A stretch of 64,000 nt of DNA from assembly GCF_050320075.1 (NCBI RefSeq), contig NZ_CP190018.1, one strand, 5' to 3'. Positions 34,073-47,014 of the stretch are shown one piece after another. The stretch comes from Escherichia coli. Its GTDB lineage: Bacteria > Pseudomonadota > Gammaproteobacteria > Enterobacterales > Enterobacteriaceae. The notes below the pieces were generated by a model. The model was not told the DNA's origin and searched no databases. It worked only from the letters and a program-made list of their open reading frames with translations. How positions within the stretch are numbered: position 1 is the stretch's first letter; the number at the start of each line of letters is the position of its first letter. The position numbers and the translations under genes were made by a program.

Positions 34073-35281
34073 ATGACACCTTCAAATTATCAGCGTACCC
34101 GCTGGTTGACACTCATCGGTACTATCATTACCCAGTTTGCGCTGGGGTCGGTTTATACCTGGAGCCTGTTTAACGGCGCGCTTTCTGCCAAGCTGGATGC
34201 GCCGGTAAGCCAGGTCGCTTTCTCTTTCGGCTTGTTAAGTCTGGGGCTGGCAATTTCATCTTCTGTTGCGGGGAAATTACAGGAACGTTTTGGCGTTAAA
34301 CGCGTCACTATGGCTTCCGGCATTTTGCTGGGATTAGGCTTCTTCCTGACAGCGCATTCTGACAACCTGATGATGCTGTGGTTAAGCGCCGGTGTGCTGG
34401 TCGGTCTGGCGGATGGCGCGGGTTACCTGCTGACGCTCTCTAACTGCGTGAAGTGGTTCCCGGAGCGTAAAGGTCTGATCTCCGCGTTCGCTATCGGTTC
34501 TTATGGTCTGGGTAGCCTGGGGTTCAAATTTATCGACACGCAGCTGCTCGAAACGGTGGGTCTGGAAAAAACATTTGTGATTTGGGGAGCGATTGCGCTG
34601 GTGATGATTGTTTTCGGCGCAACGTTAATGAAAGACGCACCAAAACAGGAAGTGAAAACCAGCAATGGTGTCGTGGAGAAAGATTACACGCTGGCAGAGT
34701 CGATGCGTAAACCGCAGTACTGGATGTTAGCGGTAATGTTCCTGACTGCCTGCATGAGCGGCCTGTACGTGATTGGGGTAGCGAAAGATATCGCCCAAAG
34801 TCTGGCACACCTTGATGTGGTTTCCGCAGCCAATGCAGTCACTGTTATTTCCATCGCCAACCTTTCAGGTCGTCTGGTTCTGGGGATACTGTCTGACAAA
34901 ATCGCCCGAATCCGTGTTATCACCATTGGTCAGGTGATTTCGCTGGTGGGTATGGCGGCCCTGCTGTTTGCACCATTGAATGCAGTGACGTTCTTTGCAG
35001 CGATTGCCTGCGTGGCGTTTAACTTTGGCGGCACTATCACGGTGTTCCCGTCACTGGTCAGTGAGTTCTTCGGCCTCAATAACCTGGCGAAAAACTACGG
35101 TGTGATTTATCTCGGTTTCGGTATCGGCAGCATTTGTGGGTCGATTATCGCCTCACTGTTTGGCGGCTTCTATGTGACCTTCTACGTGATTTTCGCCCTG
35201 CTGATTCTGTCACTGGCGCTCTCTACGACGATTCGTCAGCCAGAGCAGAAAATGTTGCGTGAGGCGCATGGCTCCCTTTAA
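34073..35281 (+). CDS. yhjX: MFS transporter (oxalate/formate antiporter family), pyruvate-inducible, 402 aa
   Basis: ORF track 34028..35281; start at ATG 34073 (MTPSNYQRTRWLTLIG...). Confidence 0.85.
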   Translation: MTPSNYQRTRWLTLIGTIITQFALGSVYTWSLFNGALSAKLDAPVSQVAFSFGLLSLGLAISSSVAGKLQERFGVKRVTMASGILLGLGFFLTAHSDNLMMLWLSAGVLVGLADGAGYLLTLSNCVKWFPERKGLISAFAIGSYGLGSLGFKFIDTQLLETVGLEKTFVIWGAIALVMIVFGATLMKDAPKQEVKTSNGVVEKDYTLAESMRKPQYWMLAVMFLTACMSGLYVIGVAKDIAQSLAHLDVVSAANAVTVISIANLSGRLVLGILSDKIARIRVITIGQVISLVGMAALLFAPLNAVTFFAAIACVAFNFGGTITVFPSLVSEFFGLNNLAKNYGVIYLGFGIGSICGSIIASLFGGFYVTFYVIFALLILSLALSTTIRQPEQKMLREAHGSL

Positions 35282-35366
35282 TCATCTGCCGCGAGCTACT
35301 GGGCTTTAGCCTTAGTGTGAATCAAACGCTTCAACGCAATGTATAAACAATGACGCGTAAAATTTG

Positions 35367-35389
35367 GGCCAGTTAACTGGCCCTTTTTA
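35367..35389 (+). terminator. yhjX rho-independent terminator
   Basis: GGGCCAGTTAACTGGCCC hairpin followed by TTTTT. Confidence 0.7.
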
Positions 35390-35604
35390 CTGCTTTTTGT
35401 AACGCTAAAGTCTCTTTTCAAACTTGCATTTTTGTAAATTTGTGCTTCGTGCACACTCTTTCCCCACACTTTTTCCCTTTGCTGTGGTCTACTTATTCGC
35501 GCGTGTAGATTTTACTTATCTGACTACCTCCGCACTTTTCCCCTGCCGGGCCTGAAAAGCCGTTAAGCAGGGTGTTATCACCTGTTTGTCCAGGGTTTGT
35601 TTGC

Positions 35605-37296
35605 ATGAGATACATCAAATCGATTACACAGCAGAAGCTGAGCTTTTTGCTTGCAATCTATATTGGCCTTTTTATGAATGGCGCGGTTTTTTACCGCCGC
35701 TTCGGCAGCTATGCGCACGATTTTACCGTCTGGAAAGGCATTTCTGCTGTTGTTGAACTGGCCGCCACCGTACTGGTGACCTTCTTTTTACTGCGTCTTC
35801 TTTCGCTGTTTGGCCGCCGCAGCTGGCGTATTCTGGCATCGCTGGTGGTGCTCTTTTCCGCAGGTGCCAGCTATTACATGACCTTCCTTAATGTAGTCAT
35901 TGGTTATGGCATCATCGCATCCGTCATGACCACCGATATCGACCTGTCAAAAGAAGTTGTTGGTCTGAACTTTATTCTCTGGTTAATCGCCGTTAGTGCA
36001 TTGCCTCTTATCCTTATCTGGAATAACCGCTGTCGCTACACCTTGCTCCGACAACTGCGAACCCCAGGGCAGCGTATTCGCAGCCTGGCGGTCGTCGTAC
36101 TGGCGGGTATTATGGTTTGGGCACCGATTCGTTTGCTGGATATCCAGCAGAAGAAAGTGGAGAGGGCGACCGGCGTTGATTTGCCGAGTTATGGCGGTGT
36201 CGTAGCGAACTCTTATCTGCCATCAAACTGGCTTTCTGCGTTGGGGCTGTATGCCTGGGCGCGGGTCGATGAATCTTCCGATAACAATTCATTGCTTAAT
36301 CCGGCGAAGAAATTCACTTATCAGGCACCGCAAAACGTTGATGACACTTATGTCGTGTTTATCATCGGTGAAACCACGCGTTGGGACCATATGGGCATTT
36401 TCGGCTATGAGCGTAATACCACGCCGAAGCTGGCCCAGGAGAAAAATCTGGCGGCGTTCCGTGGCTATTCTTGTGACACGGCGACCAAACTTTCTCTGCG
36501 TTGCATGTTTGTACGAGAGGGTGGAGCGGAAGATAATCCGCAGCGCACATTAAAAGAACAGAACATTTTCGCGGTGCTGAAGCAGTTAGGATTCAGTTCT
36601 GACCTCTACGCTATGCAGAGCGAAATGTGGTTCTACAGCAACACGATGGCAGACAACATTGCTTATCGTGAGCAGATTGGTGCGGAGCCACGTAACCGTG
36701 GCAAGCCGGTAGATGATATGTTGCTGGTAGACGAAATGCAGCAATCGCTGGGGCGCAACCCGGATGGCAAGCATCTGATCATTTTGCATACCAAAGGTTC
36801 GCACTTTAACTACACCCAGCGTTACCCGCGCAGCTTTGCGCAGTGGAAGCCGGAATGTATTGGTGTTGATAGCGGCTGTACCAAAGCGCAGATGATCAAC
36901 TCCTATGACAACTCGGTGACCTATGTGGATCACTTTATCTCCAGCGTGATTGATCAGGTTCGCGATAAGAAAGCGATTGTGTTCTACGCAGCTGACCACG
37001 GTGAGTCAATTAATGAACGCGAGCACCTGCACGGCACACCGCGTGAACTGGCACCGCCGGAGCAGTTCCGTGTGCCGATGATGGTCTGGATGTCAGATAA
37101 ATATCTGGAAAATCCGGTCAATGCACAGGCATTTGCGCAGCTGAAAAAAGAAGCCGACATGAAAGTGCCACGCCGTCATGTAGAACTGTACGACACCATC
37201 ATGGGTTGTCTTGGCTATACTTCACCGGATGGTGGAATTAACGAAAACAACAACTGGTGCCACATCCCGCAGGCAAGAGAGGCGGCGGCTAACTAA
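35605..37296 (+). CDS. eptB: Kdo2-lipid A phosphoethanolamine transferase, 563 aa
   Basis: ORF track 35572..37296; start at ATG 35605 ([16 protein letters not shown]...); N-terminal TM domain plus sulfatase-like periplasmic domain. Confidence 0.85.
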   Translation: MRYIKSITQQKLSFLLAIYIGLFMNGAVFYRRFGSYAHDFTVWKGISAVVELAATVLVTFFLLRLLSLFGRRSWRILASLVVLFSAGASYYMTFLNVVIGYGIIASVMTTDIDLSKEVVGLNFILWLIAVSALPLILIWNNRCRYTLLRQLRTPGQRIRSLAVVVLAGIMVWAPIRLLDIQQKKVERATGVDLPSYGGVVANSYLPSNWLSALGLYAWARVDESSDNNSLLNPAKKFTYQAPQNVDDTYVVFIIGETTRWDHMGIFGYERNTTPKLAQEKNLAAFRGYSCDTATKLSLRCMFVREGGAEDNPQRTLKEQNIFAVLKQLGFSSDLYAMQSEMWFYSNTMADNIAYREQIGAEPRNRGKPVDDMLLVDEMQQSLGRNPDGKHLIILHTKGSHFNYTQRYPRSFAQWKPECIGVDSGCTKAQMINSYDNSVTYVDHFISSVIDQVRDKKAIVFYAADHGESINEREHLHGTPRELAPPEQFRVPMMVWMSDKYLENPVNAQAFAQLKKEADMKVPRRHVELYDTIMGCLGYTSPDGGINENNNWCHIPQAREAAAN

Positions 37297-37387
37297 GAGG
37301 CCTGCTGACTTTCTCGCCGATCAAAAGGCATTTTGCTATTAAGGGATTGACGAGGGCGTATCTGCGCAGTAAGATGCGCCCCGCATT

Positions 37388-37806
<419 letters not shown>

Positions 37807-38396
37807 GCACCGCACTCATTGTGGGATACAGCGTATCCGTCTTATCCGATCTAAACGGCAACACTCCACACATTTCCCTGCCAAATTTGCGCCCCATATC
37901 TCACTATCCATTAACGGATTTGTGACAGAAACCATTGTCTTTTTTTATATTTGCTTAAATCTTTTTTTGCGTTACTTATGGCTGGCGCTGGCATTTTCCG
38001 CTGTGCGGTTTAGCGTTCATGGTATTAATCGCTCAGATATCCACCTTTTCATCAGATTTTTTTCACAAAATGCATAAAACTTAATCACCAATTGTTGCTA
38101 ATTATTAAGCTGATTGTTCTGGTTATGTTGGAGTAGCACAAATTTCTCTGCTGCAAATAGCTGTTTGAAGTTTTTTTAATCTTTGTTTGTGGATTCTCAC
38201 CGTTGGTGTAAATCCCGGTGGGCTGTATTGACGTTTTCACATTCTGTTGACAGATTGTAGGTCACGAGGGGCATTTTATGGAGGATCCGCACTGTAACAC
38301 TGATGTTAATTAGTACGGCATCCCCACCTCATAACGTTGACCCGACCGGGCAAAAAACAAAAAAGGTCAGGCAGCGACAACCCACTGCAAAGGGTT

Positions 38397-38417
38397 AAAA
38401 CAACAAACATCACAATT
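38397..38417 (+). promoter_or_regulatory. CA-rich element in the dppA leader (candidate GcvB sRNA target)
   Basis: AAAACAACAAACATCACAATT just upstream of the GGAG ribosome-binding site; dppA is a known GcvB target, exact pairing not verified. Confidence 0.4.
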
Positions 38418-38428
38418 GGAGCAGAATA

Positions 38429-40036
38429 ATGCGTATTTCCTTGAAAAAGTCAGGGATGCTGAAGCTTGGTCTCAGCCTGGTGGCTATGACCGTCGCAGCA
38501 AGTGTTCAGGCTAAAACTCTGGTTTATTGCTCAGAAGGATCTCCGGAAGGGTTTAACCCGCAGTTGTTTACCTCCGGTACTACCTATGACGCCTCTTCCG
38601 TGCCGCTTTATAACCGCCTGGTTGAATTTAAAATCGGCACCACCGAAGTGATTCCGGGCCTCGCTGAAAAGTGGGAAGTCAGCGAAGACGGAAAAACCTA
38701 TACCTTCCATCTGCGTAAAGGTGTGAAGTGGCACGACAACAAAGAATTCAAACCGACGCGCGAACTGAACGCCGATGACGTGGTGTTCTCGTTCGATCGT
38801 CAGAAAAACGCGCAAAACCCGTACCATAAAGTCTCTGGCGGCAGCTACGAATACTTCGAAGGCATGGGCTTGCCGGAGCTGATCAGCGAAGTGAAAAAGG
38901 TGGACGACAACACCGTTCAGTTTGTGCTGACTCGACCGGAAGCGCCGTTCCTCGCTGACCTGGCAATGGACTTCGCCTCTATTCTGTCAAAAGAATATGC
39001 TGACGCGATGATGAAAGCCGGTACACCGGAAAAACTGGACCTCAACCCAATCGGTACCGGTCCGTTCCAGTTACAGCAGTATCAAAAAGATTCCCGTATC
39101 CGCTACAAAGCGTTTGATGGCTACTGGGGCACCAAACCGCAGATCGATACGCTGGTTTTCTCTATTACCCCTGATGCTTCCGTGCGTTACGCGAAATTGC
39201 AGAAGAATGAATGCCAGGTGATGCCGTACCCGAACCCGGCAGATATCGCTCGCATGAAGCAGGATAAATCCATCAACCTGATGGAAATGCCGGGGCTGAA
39301 CGTCGGCTATCTTTCATATAACGTGCAGAAAAAACCACTCGATGATGTGAAAGTTCGCCAGGCTCTGACCTACGCGGTGAACAAAGACGCGATCATCAAA
39401 GCGGTTTATCAGGGCGCGGGCGTGGCAGCGAAAAACCTGATCCCGCCAACCATGTGGGGCTATAACGACGACGTTCAGGACTACACCTACGATCCCGAAA
39501 AAGCGAAAGCCTTGCTGAAAGAAGCGGGCCTGGAAAAAGGCTTCTCCATCGACCTGTGGGCAATGCCGGTACAACGTCCGTATAACCCGAACGCTCGCCG
39601 CATGGCGGAGATGATTCAGGCAGACTGGGCGAAAGTCGGCGTGCAGGCCAAAATTGTCACCTACGAATGGGGTGAGTACCTCAAGCGTGCGAAAGATGGC
39701 GAGCACCAGACGGTAATGATGGGCTGGACTGGCGATAATGGGGATCCGGATAACTTCTTCGCCACCCTGTTCAGCTGCGCCGCCTCTGAACAAGGCTCCA
39801 ACTACTCAAAATGGTGCTACAAACCGTTTGAAGATCTGATTCAACCGGCGCGTGCTACCGACGACCATAACAAACGCGTTGAACTGTACAAGCAAGCGCA
39901 GGTGGTGATGCACGATCAGGCTCCGGCACTGATCATCGCTCACTCCACCGTGTTTGAACCGGTACGCAAAGAAGTTAAAGGCTATGTGGTTGATCCATTA
40001 GGCAAACATCACTTCGAAAACGTCTCTATCGAATAA
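38429..40036 (+). CDS. dppA: dipeptide ABC transporter periplasmic binding protein, 535 aa
   Basis: ORF track 38429..40036. Confidence 0.95.
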   Translation: MRISLKKSGMLKLGLSLVAMTVAASVQAKTLVYCSEGSPEGFNPQLFTSGTTYDASSVPLYNRLVEFKIGTTEVIPGLAEKWEVSEDGKTYTFHLRKGVKWHDNKEFKPTRELNADDVVFSFDRQKNAQNPYHKVSGGSYEYFEGMGLPELISEVKKVDDNTVQFVLTRPEAPFLADLAMDFASILSKEYADAMMKAGTPEKLDLNPIGTGPFQLQQYQKDSRIRYKAFDGYWGTKPQIDTLVFSITPDASVRYAKLQKNECQVMPYPNPADIARMKQDKSINLMEMPGLNVGYLSYNVQKKPLDDVKVRQALTYAVNKDAIIKAVYQGAGVAAKNLIPPTMWGYNDDVQDYTYDPEKAKALLKEAGLEKGFSIDLWAMPVQRPYNPNARRMAEMIQADWAKVGVQAKIVTYEWGEYLKRAKDGEHQTVMMGWTGDNGDPDNFFATLFSCAASEQGSNYSKWCYKPFEDLIQPARATDDHNKRVELYKQAQVVMHDQAPALIIAHSTVFEPVRKEVKGYVVDPLGKHHFENVSIE

Positions 40037-40186
40037 TTAAAAGCCATACCCGGTGGCGCTGTGCCTCTGCGTGCAGCGCCATCCGGCAGCAATACTTCAT
40101 TCCCTGCCCGACCTGGGCGGGAATTGATTTGTGAGCAATACAGACACGCAGTTCCAGGCTGCGGGTCACTACAGAGAATCCGGGTT

Positions 40187-41206
40187 ATGTTGCAGTTTAT
40201 TCTCCGACGTTTGGGACTCGTCATCCCCACGTTTATCGGTATTACCCTTCTCACATTTGCCTTTGTCCACATGATCCCGGGCGATCCGGTGATGATCATG
40301 GCGGGCGAACGTGGGATCTCCCCAGAGCGTCACGCGCAGCTGCTGGCTGAACTCGGCTTAGATAAACCGATGTGGCAGCAGTATCTCCATTACATTTGGG
40401 GCGTAATGCACGGCGATTTAGGCATTTCGATGAAAAGCCGCATCCCGGTATGGGAAGAGTTCGTGCCGCGCTTTCAGGCCACGCTGGAACTTGGCGTCTG
40501 CGCGATGATTTTTGCTACGGCAGTCGGTATTCCGGTTGGTGTGCTGGCTGCGGTTAAACGCGGTTCCATTTTCGATCACACGGCGGTTGGCCTGGCGCTG
40601 ACAGGTTATTCAATGCCTATCTTCTGGTGGGGCATGATGCTGATCATGCTGGTTTCGGTGCACTGGAACCTGACGCCCGTCTCCGGTCGCGTGAGCGACA
40701 TGGTGTTCCTCGATGATTCCAATCCGTTAACCGGTTTTATGCTAATCGACACCGCCATCTGGGGTGAAGACGGTAACTTTATCGATGCCGTCGCCCATAT
40801 GATCCTGCCCGCCATTGTGCTGGGTACTATCCCGCTGGCGGTCATTGTACGTATGACACGCTCCTCGATGCTGGAAGTGCTGGGTGAAGATTATATCCGC
40901 ACCGCGCGCGCCAAAGGGTTGACCCGCATGCGGGTGATTATCGTCCATGCGCTGCGTAACGCGATGCTGCCGGTAGTGACCGTTATCGGCCTCCAGGTGG
41001 GAACATTGCTGGCGGGGGCGATTCTGACCGAAACCATCTTCTCGTGGCCCGGTCTGGGGCGCTGGTTGATTGACGCACTGCAACGCCGCGACTATCCGGT
41101 AGTGCAGGGCGGCGTATTGCTGGTGGCGACGATGATTATCCTCGTCAACTTGCTGGTCGATCTGCTGTACGGCGTGGTGAACCCGCGTATTCGTCATAAG
41201 AAGTAA
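40187..41206 (+). CDS. dppB: dipeptide ABC transporter permease, 339 aa
   Basis: ORF track 40061..41206; start at ATG 40187 (MLQFILRRLGLVIPTF...). Confidence 0.9.
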   Translation: MLQFILRRLGLVIPTFIGITLLTFAFVHMIPGDPVMIMAGERGISPERHAQLLAELGLDKPMWQQYLHYIWGVMHGDLGISMKSRIPVWEEFVPRFQATLELGVCAMIFATAVGIPVGVLAAVKRGSIFDHTAVGLALTGYSMPIFWWGMMLIMLVSVHWNLTPVSGRVSDMVFLDDSNPLTGFMLIDTAIWGEDGNFIDAVAHMILPAIVLGTIPLAVIVRMTRSSMLEVLGEDYIRTARAKGLTRMRVIIVHALRNAMLPVVTVIGLQVGTLLAGAILTETIFSWPGLGRWLIDALQRRDYPVVQGGVLLVATMIILVNLLVDLLYGVVNPRIRHKK

Positions 41207-41215
41207 GGGGACATC

Positions 41216-42118
41216 ATGTCACAGGTTACTGAAAATAAAGTGATTAGCGCACCGGTGCCGATGACCCCGTTACAGGAGTTCTGGCACTATTTTAAACGCA
41301 ACAAAGGCGCGGTCGTCGGGCTGGTTTACGTCGTCATCGTGCTGTTTATCGCGATCTTTGCCAACTGGATTGCACCCTATAACCCGGCGGAACAGTTCCG
41401 CGATGCACTGCTCGCCCCGCCAGCCTGGCAGGAAGGCGGCAGCATGGCGCACTTGCTGGGCACCGATGACGTAGGCCGTGATGTGCTGTCGCGTCTGATG
41501 TACGGTGCGCGATTGTCACTGCTGGTTGGCTGTCTGGTAGTTGTGTTATCGCTGATTATGGGCGTTATTCTCGGCCTGATCGCCGGTTACTTCGGAGGCC
41601 TGGTCGATAACATCATCATGCGCGTGGTCGATATCATGCTGGCGCTGCCAAGTTTGCTGTTGGCACTGGTGCTGGTGGCAATTTTCGGCCCGTCGATTGG
41701 TAACGCCGCGCTGGCATTGACCTTCGTTGCCTTGCCGCACTATGTGCGCTTAACCCGCGCCGCCGTGCTGGTGGAGGTGAATCGCGATTACGTTACCGCG
41801 TCTCGCGTGGCAGGTGCCGGGGCGATGCGTCAGATGTTTATTAACATCTTCCCGAACTGCCTTGCGCCTCTGATTGTTCAGGCGTCGCTCGGTTTCTCTA
41901 ACGCCATTCTCGATATGGCTGCTCTTGGTTTCCTCGGCATGGGGGCGCAGCCGCCAACGCCGGAGTGGGGCACCATGCTCTCCGACGTGTTGCAGTTCGC
42001 GCAAAGCGCCTGGTGGGTCGTGACCTTCCCGGGTCTGGCGATCCTGCTGACGGTGCTGGCATTTAACCTGATGGGTGACGGTCTGCGTGACGCGCTCGAT
42101 CCCAAACTGAAGCAGTAA
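41216..42118 (+). CDS. dppC: dipeptide ABC transporter permease, 300 aa
   Basis: ORF track 41216..42118. Confidence 0.9.
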   Translation: MSQVTENKVISAPVPMTPLQEFWHYFKRNKGAVVGLVYVVIVLFIAIFANWIAPYNPAEQFRDALLAPPAWQEGGSMAHLLGTDDVGRDVLSRLMYGARLSLLVGCLVVVLSLIMGVILGLIAGYFGGLVDNIIMRVVDIMLALPSLLLALVLVAIFGPSIGNAALALTFVALPHYVRLTRAAVLVEVNRDYVTASRVAGAGAMRQMFINIFPNCLAPLIVQASLGFSNAILDMAALGFLGMGAQPPTPEWGTMLSDVLQFAQSAWWVVTFPGLAILLTVLAFNLMGDGLRDALDPKLKQ

Positions 42119-42128
42119 GAGGTTCGAG

Positions 42129-43108
<980 letters not shown>

Positions 43109-43112
<4 letters not shown>

Positions 43113-44113
43113 GTACGCATGAGGCCACCTCGCAACAACCGCTGTTGCAGGCTATCGACCTGAAAAAACATTATCCGGTGAAGAAAGGTATGTTCGCGCC
43201 GGAACGTCTGGTGAAGGCGCTGGACGGCGTTTCGTTTAACCTTGAACGTGGCAAAACGCTGGCAGTAGTAGGTGAATCTGGCTGCGGTAAATCGACCCTC
43301 GGTCGGTTGCTGACGATGATCGAAATGCCCACCGGTGGTGAGCTGTATTACCAGGGGCAGGATCTGCTCAAGCACGATCCGCAGGCGCAGAAGCTGCGTC
43401 GGCAGAAAATCCAGATTGTCTTCCAGAACCCTTACGGTTCGCTGAATCCACGTAAAAAAGTCGGGCAAATTCTTGAAGAGCCGCTGCTTATTAATACCAG
43501 CTTAAGCAAAGAACAGCGTCGGGAAAAAGCCCTGTCGATGATGGCGAAAGTCGGCCTGAAAACCGAACATTATGACCGCTATCCGCATATGTTCTCCGGC
43601 GGTCAGCGTCAGCGTATCGCCATTGCCCGTGGTCTGATGCTCGACCCGGATGTGGTGATTGCCGATGAACCGGTTTCCGCGCTGGACGTTTCAGTGCGTG
43701 CGCAGGTGCTGAATCTGATGATGGATTTGCAGCAGGAGTTGGGGCTGTCTTATGTCTTTATCTCGCACGACCTGTCAGTGGTTGAGCACATTGCCGATGA
43801 AGTGATGGTGATGTACCTGGGCCGCTGCGTGGAGAAGGGAACGAAGGACCAAATCTTCAATAACCCGCGTCATCCGTACACTCAGGCGCTACTCTCCGCG
43901 ACGCCGCGCCTGAACCCGGACGATCGCCGCGAGCGCATCAAGCTCACCGGTGAACTGCCAAGCCCGCTCAATCCACCGCCGGGCTGCGCGTTTAACGCCC
44001 GCTGTCGTCGGCGCTTCGGCCCCTGCACTCAGTTGCAGCCGCAGCTAAAAGACTACGGCGGTCAACTGGTAGCTTGTTTTGCTGTTGATCAGGATGAAAA
44101 TCCGCAGCGTTAA
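43109..44113 (+). CDS. dppF: dipeptide ABC transporter ATP-binding protein, 334 aa
   Basis: ORF track 43109..44113; 4-bp overlap with dppD; Walker A GESGCGKS. Confidence 0.9.
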
Positions 44114-44142
44114 CTCACAAAACCGGGGCCATGCGCTCCGGT

Positions 44143-45414
44143 TTACTCAATAAGCTTCAACAGTGGCGACAAGCATAACAAAATGCCGTACAGCAGAATC
44201 AGCCAGGCTTTAAACCCGCGAAGTTTTTCCAGTTGTGCGACTTTATAGATCAGGAAAAATGGAATGAGGCACGACACAATGCCATATAACGGGCTTCCCA
44301 ACTGAAAGAACACCAGCACCGATACACGAAACGAAACCCAAATCGTCAACGTAATGACGATAAAAGCGCAGATCGCCAGAGTCAGCATGCGTGAGTTAAT
44401 TTTCTTGGTATCAATAATTCGGCTTAACAGATTGAGAATAATGCCTTTAATAGCCTCGTGGAAACCGAGATAAATGCCAAAGAATGCGGTCAGTACGGCA
44501 AAGATATTCAGCACCGTAGAGGTGATATGAATGATATGCCCAGGGATCACCTGCGCGGCCAGTGCCAGTGCCGAGATATTTTGTTCAAAGGCAGAAACGG
44601 CTTCTTCGTGGCTAATTGAGAAAGTAAACGAAAAGGCAAAAAACAGGATCACCGCGATGAGCGTGATATAACTAATTCGGTGGGTACGCAGCGCGAGCCG
44701 GGTTGCCAGTACTTTATCTGCTTCCCGTTTACGATAGGCAATATTCATTGGGTTAAGTACCTGAATAAATACTGCAGAAAAGAAGCAAAATGGAATGGTA
44801 AGCAGGACATCGCGGAAAAAGACGGAGGCTTGCGGGAAGGCGGTTATATTGGTGAAATTCCAGTGCGGGATCATCGCAAAACCGAACACGACGATAATCC
44901 CTACTTTGACCACCACCATTGGCCCGGAAATCTTAAACAGTAATCGTTCACCACCAGACGCAATTGCCACCAGTACGGCGAAAATGGCGACTTTATAAAG
45001 TAGAGATTGTGAAAGATCGGCATCGGTTAAACCGAAGGTTTTCAGGTACGAGGCGCTGTCGAAAACCACGGAGAGAGAGTAGATAAAAATCCCGTGGATA
45101 ATCATCAAAAAGTAGATAACCCCGAGGAAAATTCCCCAGTTCTTCCCCAGGTAATGACTGATAATATCGGTGTAGTCATTACAGGAATCGCTTTCAGAAA
45201 GGGTTTTTAAATAAATGTCCTGCACTACCCAGGTGGCAGGATAAGCAATGATCGCTGCGGTAATAAATACCCAAATTCCCTTCAAGCCAATTTGTACTGG
45301 CATCAGCACGGTTCCGGCACCAATCGCCATGCCTATGCATAATAAAACCCAGCCGAAGTCGTAGCGTGTAAACGGCAATTTCTGATCGTGTTTCGGTAGT
45401 GTGTTGTGCTGCAT
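44143..45414 (-). CDS. yhjV: HAAAP-family amino-acid transporter homologue, 423 aa
   Basis: ORF track 44143..45477; start placed at ATG 45414-45412 ([22 protein letters not shown]...). Confidence 0.8.
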   Translation of the reverse strand: MQHNTLPKHDQKLPFTRYDFGWVLLCIGMAIGAGTVLMPVQIGLKGIWVFITAAIIAYPATWVVQDIYLKTLSESDSCNDYTDIISHYLGKNWGIFLGVIYFLMIIHGIFIYSLSVVFDSASYLKTFGLTDADLSQSLLYKVAIFAVLVAIASGGERLLFKISGPMVVVKVGIIVVFGFAMIPHWNFTNITAFPQASVFFRDVLLTIPFCFFSAVFIQVLNPMNIAYRKREADKVLATRLALRTHRISYITLIAVILFFAFSFTFSISHEEAVSAFEQNISALALAAQVIPGHIIHITSTVLNIFAVLTAFFGIYLGFHEAIKGIILNLLSRIIDTKKINSRMLTLAICAFIVITLTIWVSFRVSVLVFFQLGSPLYGIVSCLIPFFLIYKVAQLEKLRGFKAWLILLYGILLCLSPLLKLIE

Positions 45415-45774
45415 AAAGTCCTGTCCAGAAAGAAGTCGGCCTCGCAAAAATGAATAAACCCAGTTTCTCTTGCGCAACAGGTGGAGAAGTCGAATACGCA
45501 GTATGTAAAAAATGAGGCAACAGATTCACTGGGGAGGTCGCGAGGAGGCGCAATTCTACAAAATTGCGCATTTCACTACCAGTCTGGAGTCAGCTCGGAT
45601 ATGAACTGCAACTATTGCAAATAAAGAAATTAAGCTGGAAGGCATCGCGCAATGAGGAAGATTGCCGGGTGCTGACGGTAAAAAGCAATCGTAAAATCAG
45701 CGGCAAGCCGGAAAGGTTCCGGTGAGGCGCAATGTTGCGGGGGCTTAATCCCTGGTGGCATTGGTTGCTGGAGA

Positions 45775-45840
45775 GAGAAAACCCCCGCACGTTGCAGGTA
45801 TGCACCTGACAACACCACGGGGGCCATTCTTGCATCCAAA
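45775..45840 (-). ncRNA. rdlD: Rdl-type antisense sRNA, copy 1 (approximate ends)
   Basis: Minus-strand promoter -35 TTGTAA (45876-45871), 17-bp spacer, -10 TATTCT (45853-45848); minus-strand hairpin over 45823-45782 followed by U-run; predicted length about 66 nt, antisense to the ldr leader. Confidence 0.45.
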
Positions 45841-45889
45841 CAATACAAGAATAGCCGCGAAACGTTGTCATTACAACTCAGGCGGCTAT

Positions 45890-45997
45890 ATGACGCTCGC
45901 AGAGCTGGGCATGGCCTTCTGGCATGATTTAGCGGCTCCGGTCATTGCTGGCATTCTTGCCAGCATGATCGTGAACTGGCTGAATAAGCGGAAGTAA
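45890..45997 (+). CDS. ldrD: Ldr type I toxin peptide, 35 aa, copy 1
   Basis: MTLAELGMAFWHDLAAPVIAGILASMIVNWLNKRK; last 36 codons of ORF-track 45755..45997. Confidence 0.8.
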   Translation: MTLAELGMAFWHDLAAPVIAGILASMIVNWLNKRK

Positions 45998-46258
45998 CGT
46001 GTCAGACGGGCGTCAGGCTGCCGTAATGGCAATTTGCGCCCGGACCAGGCCGCAGGGATAAAACTCTGCGGCCTTTTTCGTAAGAAAAATGCAACGGTTG
46101 CAAGCGGATAATATTCTGCTGAATGCACAGCACAGAGTGAAGAAGTGATGGATTTCGACGAACAAAAATGGCCGTAGAATCAGCGGCAAGCCGGAAGGGT
46201 TCCGGTGAGGCGCAATGTTGCGGGGGGCTTTATCCCTGGTGGCATTGGTTGCTGGAGA

Positions 46259-46324
46259 GAGAAAACCCCCGCACGTTGCAGGTATGCACCTGACAACACC
46301 ACGGGGGCCATTCTTGCATCTAGA
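46259..46324 (-). ncRNA. Rdl-type antisense sRNA, copy 2 (approximate ends)
   Basis: Same promoter and terminator architecture as copy 1, shifted by 484 bp. Confidence 0.45.
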
Positions 46325-46373
46325 CCATTCAAGAATAGCCGCGAAACGTTGTCATTACAACTCAGGCGGCTAT

Positions 46374-46481
46374 ATGACGCTCGCAGAGCTGGGCATGGCC
46401 TTCTGGCATGATTTAGCGGCTCCGGTCATTGCTGGCATTCTTGCCAGTCTGATCGTGAACTGGCTGAACAAGCGGAAGTAA
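46374..46481 (+). CDS. Ldr type I toxin peptide, 35 aa, copy 2
   Basis: MTLAELGMAFWHDLAAPVIAGILASLIVNWLNKRK; last 36 codons of ORF-track 46215..46481. Confidence 0.8.
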   Translation: MTLAELGMAFWHDLAAPVIAGILASLIVNWLNKRK

Positions 46482-46741
46482 CGTGTCAGACGGGCGTCAG
46501 GCTGCCGTAATGGCAATTTGCGCCCGGACCAGGCCGCAGGGATAAAACTCTGCGGCCTTTTTCGTAAGAAAAATGCAACGGTTGCAAGCGGATAATATTC
46601 TGCTGAATGCACAGCACAGAGTGAAGAAATGATGGATTTCGACGAACAAAAATGGCCGTAGAATCAGCGGCAAGCCGGAAAGGTTCCGGTGAGGCGCAAT
46701 GTTGCGGGGGCTTTATCCCTGGTGGCATTGGTTGCTGGAGA

Positions 46742-46807
46742 GAGAAAACCCCCGCACGTTGCAGGTATGCACCTGACAACACCACGGGGGCTAATCTTGA
46801 CTCTAGA
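46742..46807 (-). ncRNA. Rdl-type antisense sRNA, copy 3 (approximate ends)
   Basis: Same architecture shifted by a further 483 bp; body carries several substitutions relative to copy 2. Confidence 0.4.
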
Positions 46808-46856
46808 CCACTCAAGAATAGCCGCGAAACGTTGTCATTACAACACAGGCGGCTAT

Positions 46857-46964
46857 ATGACGCTCGCAGAACTGGGCATGGCCTTCTGGCATGATTTAGC
46901 GGCTCCGGTCATTGCTGGCATTCTTGCCAGTATGATCATGAACTGGCTGAACAAGCGGAAGTAA
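46857..46964 (+). CDS. Ldr type I toxin peptide, 35 aa, copy 3
   Basis: MTLAELGMAFWHDLAAPVIAGILASMIMNWLNKRK; last 36 codons of ORF-track 46689..46964. Confidence 0.8.
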   Translation: MTLAELGMAFWHDLAAPVIAGILASMIMNWLNKRK

Positions 46965-47014
46965 CGTGTCATGCGGGCGTCAGGCTGCCGTAATGGCAAT
47001 TTGCGCCCGGATCA

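Noticed and set aside
45755-45889. In-frame upstream extensions of the three ldr ORFs (80-91 aa in the ORF track)
   Set aside because: They begin at non-ATG codons inside the leader and Rdl overlap region; the conserved toxin is the terminal 35 codons. The extension is treated as untranslated leader.
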